From Antedon mediterranea (Eukaryota > Animalia > Echinodermata): a DNA stretch of 64,000 nt. The stretch lies in assembly GCF_964355755.1 (NCBI RefSeq), contig NC_092677.1, positions 21,501,175 to 21,565,174 on the forward strand, in the 5' to 3' direction. The first letter of the stretch is position 1, and every line of letters begins with the position of its first letter. The translations under genes were made by a program, and so were the position numbers. Positions 54,801 through 64,000 of this stretch are shown one piece after another. The notes beneath the pieces were generated by a model that searched no databases, had not been told where the DNA came from, and was given only the letters and a program-made list of their open reading frames with translations.

Positions 54801-56737
54801 AGCTATTCTTAGCTCTTTTGTGTTTTTATGTTAACAAGTTTTTTCGAAAACCACAAAATGGTCTAAAACGTCTCCAAATGCGATTTAAAGCTATTCTGTA
54901 CACTTTGATGTTTTGTGTGAAAAAGTTTTGTTGAAATGCTCAAAATGGTCTAAAACGTTTTTAAATACGATATTAAGCTCTTTTGTGCTCTTTGATGTTT
55001 TTGTGTAACCAAGTTTCATCGAAATGAACAAAATGGTCTTAAACGTCTCCAAATGCGATTTGAAGATTTTCTAAGCACTTTGGTGTTTTTATGTTAACAA
55101 GTTTTTTCGAAAATCACAAAATGGTCTAAAACGTCTCAAAATGCGATTTGAAGGTATTCTGAGCACTTTGGTGTTTTTATGTTAACAAGTTTTTTCGAAA
55201 ATCACAAAATGGTCTAAAACGTCTCAAAATGCGATTTGAAGGTATTCTGAGCACTTTGGTGTTTTTATGTTAACAAGTTTTTTTGAAAATCACAAAATGG
55301 TCTAGAACGTCTCCAAATGTGATTTGAAGCTATTTTGTAAACTTTGATGTTTTGTGTGAAAAAGTTTTTTCGAAATGCTCAAAATGGTCTAAAACGGTTT
55401 CTAATGCGATTTGAAGCTATTCTGTACACTTTGAAGTTTTGTGTGAAAAAGTTTTCTCGAAACGTTCAAAATGGTCTAAAACGTTTTCCCATACCATATT
55501 AAGCCATTTTGTGCAATTTGATGTTTTTGTGTAACCAAGTTTCATCGAAATGAACAAAATGGTCTAAAACGTCTCCAAATGCGATTTGAAACTTTTCTAA
55601 GCACTTTGGTGTTTTTATGTTAACAAGTTTTTTCGAAAATCACAAAATGGTCTAAAACGTCTCCAAATGCGATTTGAAGGTATTCTGAGCACTTTGGTGT
55701 TTTTATGTTAACAAGTTTTTTCGAAAATCACAAAATGGTCTAAAACGTCTCCAAATGCGATTTGAAGCTATTTTGTAAACTTTGATGTTTTGTGTGAAAA
55801 AGTTTTTTCGAAATGCTCAAAATGGTCTAAAACGGTTTCAAATGCGATTTGAAGCTATTCTGTACACTTTGAAGTTTTGTGTGAAAAAGTTTTCTCGAAA
55901 TGTTCAAAATGGTCTAAAACGTTTTCCCATACCATATTAAGCCATTTTGTGCAATTTGATGTTTTTGTGTAACCAAGTTTCATCGAAATGAACAAAATGG
56001 TCTAAAACGTCTCCAAATGCGATTTGAAGCTTATCTGTACACTTTGATGTTTTGTGTGAAAAAGTTTTGTCGAAATGCTCAAAATGGTCTAAAACGTTTT
56101 TAAATACGATATTAAGCTATTTTTTGCTCTTTGATGTTTTTGTGTGAACAGTTTTAACGAAATGCTCAAAATGTGATTTTAAGCACTTTGATGTTTTTGT
56201 GTAACCAAGTTTCATCGAAAATCACAAAATGGTCTAAAACGTCTCCAAATGCGATTTGAAGCTATTCTGTACACTTTGATGTTTTGTGAGAAAAAGCTTT
56301 GTCGAAATGCTCAAAATAGTCTAAAACGTTTTTAAATACCATATTAAGCTATTTTGTGCACTTTGATATTTTTGTGTGTAAAATTTTATCGAAATGCTCA
56401 AAATGGTCTAAAACGTCACCTAATGCGATTTGAAGAATTTCTAAGCACTTTGGTGTTTTTAAGTTAACAAGTTTTTTCGAAAATCACAAAATGGTCTAAA
56501 ACGTCTCAAAATGCGATTTGAAGGTATTCTGAGCACTTTGGTGTTTTTATGTTAACAAGTTTTTTCGAAAATCACAAAATGGTCTAAAACGTCTCCAAAT
56601 GCGATTTGAAGCTATTTTGTAAACTTTGATGTTTTGTGTGAAAAAGTTTTTTCGAAATGCTCAAAATGGTCTAAAACGTTTTTAAATACGATATTAAGCT
56701 ATTTTGTGGACTTTGATGTTTTTGTCTGAAAAGTTTT
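50692..56737 (-). repeat. Duplication at offset 3237 bp (approx. 50692-53498 and 53929-56737)
   Basis: Private variants AGCTTATCTG (52791/56028) and ACCTAATGCG (53181/56418) repeat at this offset. AAAATAGTCT and TTGATATTTT are also present in both copies. Confidence 0.9.
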
Positions 56738-59700
56738 AACGAAATGCTCAAAATGGTCTAAAACGGTTTCTAATGTGATTTTAAGCACTTTGATGTTTTT
56801 GTGTAACCAAGTTTCATCGAAATGCACAAAAGGGTCTAAAACGTCTCCAAATGCGATTTGAAGCTCTTTTGTGTTTTTATGTTAAGAAGTTTTTTCGAAA
56901 ACTACAAAATGGTCTAAAACGTCTCCAAATGCGATTTAAAGCTATTCTGTACACTTTGATGTTTTGTTTGAAAAAGTTTTGTCGAAATGCTCAAAATGGT
57001 CTAAAACGTTTTTAAATACGATATTAAGCTCTTTTGTACTCTTTGATGTTTTTGTGTAACCAAGTTTAATCGAAATGAACAAAATGGTCTAAAACGTCTC
57101 CAAATGCGATTTGAAGCTTTTCTAAGCACTTTGGTGTTTTTATGTTAACAAGTTTTTTCGAAAATCACAAAATGGTCTAAAACGTCTCAAAATACGATTT
57201 GAAGGTATTCTGAGCACTTTGGTGTTTTTATGTTAACAAGTTTTTTCGAAAATCACAAAATGGTCTAAAACTTCTCAAAATGCGATTTGAAGGTATTCTG
57301 AGCACTTTGGTGTTTTTATGTTAACAATTTTTTTCGAAAATCACAAAATGGTCTAAAACGTCTCCAAATGCGATTTGAAGCTATTTTGTAAACTTTGATG
57401 TTTTGTGTGAAAAAGTTTTTTCGAAATGCTCAAAATGGTCTAAAACGTTTTTAAATACGATATGAAGCTATTTTGTGGACTTTGATGTTTTTGTGTGAAA
57501 AGTTTTAACGAAATGCTCAAAATGGTCTAAAACGGTTTCTAATGTGATTTTAAGCAGTTTGATGTTTTTGTGTAACCAAGTTTCATCGAAATGCACAAAA
57601 GGGTCTAAAACGTCTCCAAATGCGATTTGAAGCTCTTTTGTCTTTTTATGTTAACAAGTTTTTTCGAAAACTACAAAATGGTCTAAAACGTCTCCAAATG
57701 CGATTTGAAGCTATTCTGTACACTTTGATGTTTTGTGAGAAAAAGTTTTGTCGAATTGCTCAAAATGGTCTAAAACGTTTTTAAATACGATATTAAGCTA
57801 TTTTTTACTCTTTGATGTTTTTGTGTGAAAAGTTTTAACGAAATGGTCAAAATGTGATTTTAAGCACTTTGATGTTTTTGTGTAACCAAGTTTCATCTAA
57901 ATGCACAAAATGGTCTAAAACGTCTCCAAATGCGATTTGAAGCTTTTCTAAGCACTTTGGTGTTTTTATGTTAACAAGTTCTTTCGAAAATCACAAAATG
58001 GTCTAAACCGTCTCAAAATGCGATGTGAAGGTATTCTGAGCACTTTGGTGTTTTTATGTTAACAAGTTTTTTCGAAAATCACAAAATGGTCTAAAACGTC
58101 TCCAAATGCGATTTGAAGCTATTTTGTAAACTTTGATGTTTTGTGTGAAAAAGTTTTTTCGAAATGCTCAAAATGGTCTAAAACGTTTTTAAATACGATA
58201 TTAAGCTATTTTGTGGACTTTGATGTTTTTGTGTGAAAAGTTTTAACGAAATGCTCAAAATGGTCTAAAACGGTTTCTAATGTGATTTTAAGCACTTTGA
58301 TGTTTTTGTGTAACCAAGTTTCATCGAAATGCACAAAAGGGTCTAAAACGTCTCCAAATGCGATTTGAAGCTATTCTTAGCTCTTTTGTGTTTTTATGTT
58401 AACAAGTTTTTTCGAAAACTACAAAATGGTCTAAAACGTCTCCAAATGCGATTTAAAGCTATTCTGTACACTTTGATGTTTTGTGTGAAAAAGTTTTGTC
58501 GAAATGCTCAAAATGGTCTAAAACGTTTTTAAATACGATATTAAGCTCTTTTGTGCTCTTTGATGTTTTTGTGTAACCAAGTTTCATCGAAATGAACAAA
58601 ATGGTCTTAAACGTCTCCAAATGCGATTTGAAGATTTTCTAAGCACTTTGGTGTTTTTATGTTAACAAGTTTTTTCGAAAATCACAAAATGGTCTAAAAC
58701 GTCTCAAAATGCGATTTGAAGGTATTCTGAGCACTTTGGTGTTTTTATGTTAACAAGTTTTTTTGAAAATCACAAAATGGTCTAGAACGTCTCCAAATGT
58801 GATTTGAAGCTATTTTGTAAACTTTGATGTTTTGTGTGAAAAAGTTTTTTCGAAATGCTCAAAATGGTCTAAAACGGTTTCTAATGCGATTTGAAGCTAT
58901 TCTGTACACTTTGAAGTTTTGTGTGAAAAAGTTTTCTCGAAACGTTCAAAATGGTCTAAAACGTTTTCCCATACTATATTAAGCCATTTTGTGCAATTTG
59001 ATGTTTTTGTGTAACCAAGTTTCATCGAAATGAACAAAATGGTCTAAAACGTCTCCAAATGCGATTTGAAACTTTTCTAAGCACTTTGGTGTTTTTATGT
59101 TAACAAGTTTTTTCGAAAATCACAAAATGGTCTAAAACGTCTCCAAATGCGATTTGAAGGTATTCTGAGCACTTTGGTGTTTTTATGTTAACAAGTTTTT
59201 TCGAAAATCACAAAATGGTCTAAAACGTCTCCAAATGCGATTTGAAGCTATTTTGTAAACTTTGATGTTTTGTGTGAAAAAGTTTTTTCGAAATGCTCAA
59301 AATGGTCTAAAACGGTTTCAAATGCGATTTGAAGCTATTCTGTACACTTTGAAGTTTTGTGTGAAAAAGTTTTCTCGAAATGTTCAAAATGGTCTAAAAC
59401 GTTTTCCCATACCATATTAAGCCATTTTGTGCAATTTGATGTTTTTGTGTAACCAAGTTTCATCGAAATGAACAAAATGGTCTAAAACGTCTCCAAATGC
59501 GATTTAAAGCTATTCTGTACACTTTGATGTTTTGTGTGAAAAAGTTTTGTCGAAATGCTCAAAATGGTCTAAAACGTTTTTAAATACGATATTAAGCTAT
59601 TTTTTGCTCTTTGATGTTTTTGTGTGAACAGTTTTAACGAAATGCTCAAAATGTGATTTTAAGCACTTTGATGTTTTTGTGTAACCAAGTTTCATCGAAA

Positions 59701-62700
59701 TGCACAAAATGGTCTAAAACGTCTCCAAATGCGATTTGAAGCTATTCTGTACACTTTGATGTTTTGTGAGAAAAAGCTTTGTCGAAATGCTCAAAATGGT
59801 CTAAAACGTTTTTAAATACCATATTAAGCTATTTTGTGCACTTTGATGTTTTTGTGTGTAAAATTTTATCGAAATGCTCAAAATGGTCTAAAACGTCACC
59901 AAATGCGATTTGAAGATTTTCTAAGCACTTTGGTGTTTTTAAGTTAACAAGTTTTTTCGAAAATCACAAAATGGTCTAAAACGTCTCAAAATGCGATTTG
60001 AAGGTATTCTGAGCACTTTGGTGTTTTTATGTTAACAAGTTTTTTCGAAAATCACAAAATGGTCTAAAACGTCTCCAAATGCGATTTGAAGCTATTTTGT
60101 AAACTTTGATGTTTTGTGTGAAAAAGTTTTTTCGAAATGCTCAAAATGGTCTAAAACGTTTTTAAATACGATATTAAGCTATTTTGTGGACTTTGATGTT
60201 TTTGTCTGAAAAGTTTTAACGAAATGCTCAAAATGGTCTAAAACGGTTTCTAATGTGATTTTAAGCACTTTGATGTTTTTGTGTAACCAAGTTTCATCGA
60301 AATGCACAAAAGGGTCTGAAACGTCTCCAAATGCGATTTGAAGCTCTTTTGTGTTTTTATGTTAACAAGTTTTTTCGAAAACTACAAAATGGTCTAAAAC
60401 GTCTCCAAATGCGATTTAAAGCTATTCTGTACACTTTGATGTTTTGTTTGAAAAAGTTTTGTCGAAATGCTCAAAATGGTCTAAAACGTTTTTAAATACG
60501 ATATTAAGCTCTTTTGTGCTCTTTGATGTTTTTGTGTAACCAAGTTTAATCGAAATGAACAAAATGGTCTTAAACGTCTCCAAATGCGATTTGAAGATTT
60601 TCTAAGCACTTTGGTGTTTTTATGTTAACAAGTTTTTTCGAAAATCACAAAATGGTCTAAAACGTCTCCAAATGCGATTTGAAGGTATTCTGAGCACTTT
60701 GGTGTTTTTATGTTAACAAGTTTTTTCGAAAATCACAAAATGGTCTAAAACTTCTCAAAATGCGATTTGAAGGTATTCTGAGCACTTTGGTGTTTTTATG
60801 TTAACAATTTTTTTCGAAAATCACAAAATGGTCTAAAACGTCTCCAAATGCGATTTGAAGCTATTTTGTAAACTTTGATGTTTTGTGTGAAAAAGTTTTT
60901 TCGAAATGCTCAAAATGGTCTAAAACGTTTTTAAATACGATATTAAGCTCTTTTGTGCTCTTTGATGTTTTTGTGTAACCAAGTTTAATCGAAATGAACA
61001 AAATGGTCTAAAACGTCTCCAAATGCGATTTGAAGCTTTTCTAAGCACTTTGGTGTTTTTATGTTAACAATTTTTTTCGAAAATCACAAAATGGTCTAAA
61101 ACGTCTCCAAATGCGATTTGAAGCTATTTTGTAAACTTTGATGTTTTGTGTGAAAAAGTTTTTTCGAAATGCTCAAAATGGTCTAAAACGTTTTTAAATA
61201 CGATATGAAGCTATTTTGTGGACTTTGATGTTTTTGTGTGAAAAGTTTTAACGAAATGCTCAAAATGGTCTAAAACGGTTTCTAATGTGATTTTAAGCAG
61301 TTTGATGTTTTTGTGTAACCAAGTTTCATCGAAATGCACAAAAGGGTCTAAAACGTCTCCAAATGCGATTTGAAGCTCTTTTGTCTTTTTATGTTAACCA
61401 GTTTTTTCGAAAACTACAAAATGGTCTAAAACGTCTCCAAATGCGATTTGAAGCTATTCTGTACACTTTGATGTTTTGTGAGAAAAAGTTTTGTCGAATT
61501 GCTCAAAATGGTCTAAAACGTTTTTAAATACGATATTAAGCTATTTTTTACTCTTTGATGTTTTTGTGTGAAAAGTTTTAACGAAATGGTCAAAATGTGA
61601 TTTTAAGCACTTTGATGTTTTTGTGTAACCAAGTTTCATCTAAATGCACAAAATGGTCTAAAACGTCTCCAAATGCGATTTGAAGCTTTTCTAAGCACTT
61701 TGGTGTTTTTATGTTAACAAGTTCTTTCGAAAATCACAAAATGGTCTAAACCGTCTCAAAATGCGATGTGAAGGTATTCTGAGCACTTTGGTGTTTTTAT
61801 GTTAACAAGTTTTTTCGAAAATCACAAAATGGTCTAAAACGTCTCCAAATGCGATTTGAAGCTATTTTGTAAACTTTGATGTTTTGTGTGAAAAAGTTTT
61901 TTCGAAATGCTCAAAATGGTCTAAAACGTTTTTAAATACGATATTAAGCTATTTTGTGGACTTTGATGTTTTTGTGTGAAAAGTTTTAACGAAATGCTCA
62001 AAATGGTCTAAAACGGTTTCTAATGTGATTTTAAGCACTTTGATGTTTTTGTGTAACCAAGTTTCATCGAAATGCACAAAAGGATCTAAAACGTCTCCAA
62101 ATGCGATTTGAAGCTATTCTTAGCTCTTTTGTGTTTTTATGTTAACAAGTTTTTTCGAAAACCACAAAATGGTCTAAAACGTCTCCAAATGCGATTTAAA
62201 GCTATTCTGTACACTTTGATGTTTTGTGTGAAAAAGTTTTGTCGAAATGCTCAAAATGGTCTAAAACGTTTTTAAATACGATATTAAGCTCTTTTGTGCT
62301 CTTTGATGTTTTTGTGTAACCAAGTTTCATCGAAATGAACAAAATGGTCTTAAACGTCTCCAAATGCGATTTGAAGATTTTCTAAGCACTTTGGTGTTTT
62401 TATGTTAACAAGTTTTTTCGAAAATCACAAAATGGTCTAAAACGTCTCAAAATGCGATTTGAAGGTATTCTGAGCACTTTGGTGTTTTTATGTTAAGTTT
62501 TTTTGAAAATCACAAAATGGTCTAGAACGTCTCCAAATGTGATTTGAAGCTATTTTGTAAACTTTGATGTTTTGTGTGAAAAAGTTTTTTCGAAATGCTC
62601 AAAATGGTCTAAAACGGTTTCTAATGCGATTTGAAGCTATTCTGTACACTTTGAAGTTTTGTGTGAAAAAGTTTTCTCGAAACGTTCAAAATGGTCTAAA

Positions 62701-64000
62701 ACGTTTTCCCATACCATATTAAGCCATTTTGTGCAATTTGATGTTTTTGTGTAACCAAGTTTCATCGAAATGAACAAAATGGTCTAAAACGTCTCCAAAT
62801 GCGATTTGAAACTTTTCTAAGCACTTTGGTGTTTTTATGTTAACAAGTTTTTTCGAAAATCACAAAATGGTCTAAAACGTCTCCAAATGCGATTTGAAGG
62901 TATTCTGAGCACTTTGGTGTTTTTATGTTAACAAGTTTTTTCGAAAATCACAAAATGGTCTAAAACGTCTCCAAATGCGATTTGAAGCTATTTTGTAAAC
63001 TTTGATGTTTTGTGTGAAAAAGTTTTTTCGAAATGCTCAAAATGGTCTAAAACGGTTTCTAATGCGATTTGAAGCTATTCTGTACACTTTGAAGTTTTGT
63101 GTGAAAAAGTTTTCTCGAAATGTTCAAAATGGTCTAAAACGTTTTCCCATACCATATTAAGCCATTTTGTGCAATTTGATGTTTTTGTGTCACCAAGTTT
63201 CATCGAAATGAACAAAATGGTCTAAAACGTCTCCAAATGCGATTTAAAGCTATTCTGTACACTTTGATGTTTTGTGTGAAAAAGTTTTGTCGAAATGCTC
63301 AAAATGGTCTAAAACGTTTTTAAATACGATATTAAGCTATTTTTTGCTCTTTGATGTTTTTGTGTGAACAGTTTTAACGAAATGCTCAAAATGTGATTTT
63401 AAGCACTTTGATGTTTTTGTGTAACCAAGTTTCATCGAAATGCACAAAATGGTCTAAAACGTCTCCAAATGCGATTTGAAGCTATTCTGTACACTTTGAT
63501 GTTTTGTGAGAAAAAGCTTTGTCGAAATGCTCAAAATGGTCTAAAACGTTTTTAAATACCATATTAAGCTATTTTGTGCACTTTGATGTTTTTGTGTGTA
63601 AAATTTTATCGAAATACTCAAAATGGTCTAAAACGTCTCCAAATGCGATTTGAAGATTTTCTAAGCACTTTGGTGTTTTTATGTTAACAAGTTTTTTCGA
63701 AAATCACAAAATGGTCTAAAACGTCTCAAAATGCGATTTGAAGGTATTCTGAGCACTTTGGTGTTTTTATGTTAACAAGTTTTTTCGAAAATCACAAAAT
63801 GGTCTAAAACGTCTCCAAATGCGATTTGAAGCTATTTTGTAAACTTTGATGTTTTGTGTGAAAAAGTTTTTTCGAAATGCTCAAAATGGTCTAAAACGTT
63901 TTTAAATACGATATTAAGCTATTTTGTGGACTTTGATGTTTTTGTCTGAAAAGTTTTAACGAAATGCTCAAAATGGTCTAAAACGGTTTCTAATGTGATT

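Larger units (their letters stand above)
44630..61065 (-). repeat. ~4.6 kb block duplicated at offset ~11802 bp (approx. 44630-49263 and 56433-61065)
   Basis: GTACTCTT occurs at 45233/57036, ACTATATT at 47171/58973 and GGTCTGAAAC at 48511/60313. Confidence 0.85.
42598..64000 (-). repeat. Same satellite in reverse-complement orientation (~250 monomers)
   Basis: From ~42,600 the sequence reads CAAAATGGTCTAAAACGTCTCCAAATGCGATTTGAAG, the reverse complement of the forward monomer, and continues this way to the window end. Confidence 0.98.

Noticed and set aside
1-64000. CRISPR-like pattern of a conserved core (CGTTTTAGACCATTTTG) with variable intervening sequence
   Set aside because: The intervening segments are homologous variants of one another rather than unique spacers, and there are no cas genes or leader.

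Overview
The whole 64 kb window is a single AT-rich (~31% GC in the first monomer) tandem satellite array. The monomer is 87-88 bp (approx. GACCATTTTGAGCATTTCGAAAAAACTTTTTCACACAAAACATCAAAGTTTACAAAATAGCTTCAAATCGCATTTGGAGACGTTTTA), about 750 copies in total. I see no credible genes, RNA genes, transposons or CRISPR array. The sequence looks like eukaryotic centromeric/pericentromeric heterochromatin, but I cannot name the organism or the satellite family. The most notable structure is a strand inversion at ~42,600. The junction has CGTATT microhomology, a short fold-back hairpin and an adjacent 9-bp deletion. The inverted arm matches the distant 10-30 kb variant domain rather than the adjacent one. 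The array has two higher-order-repeat (HOR) variant domains, nested tandem duplications (658, 691, 1166, 1948, 2147, 2238, 3237 bp), longer-offset duplications (3949, 11802, 22266 bp), a probable gene-conversion patch, and a 88/78/68/58-bp ladder of deletion monomers. All offsets were counted by eye from diagnostic variants and should be confirmed with a dot plot.
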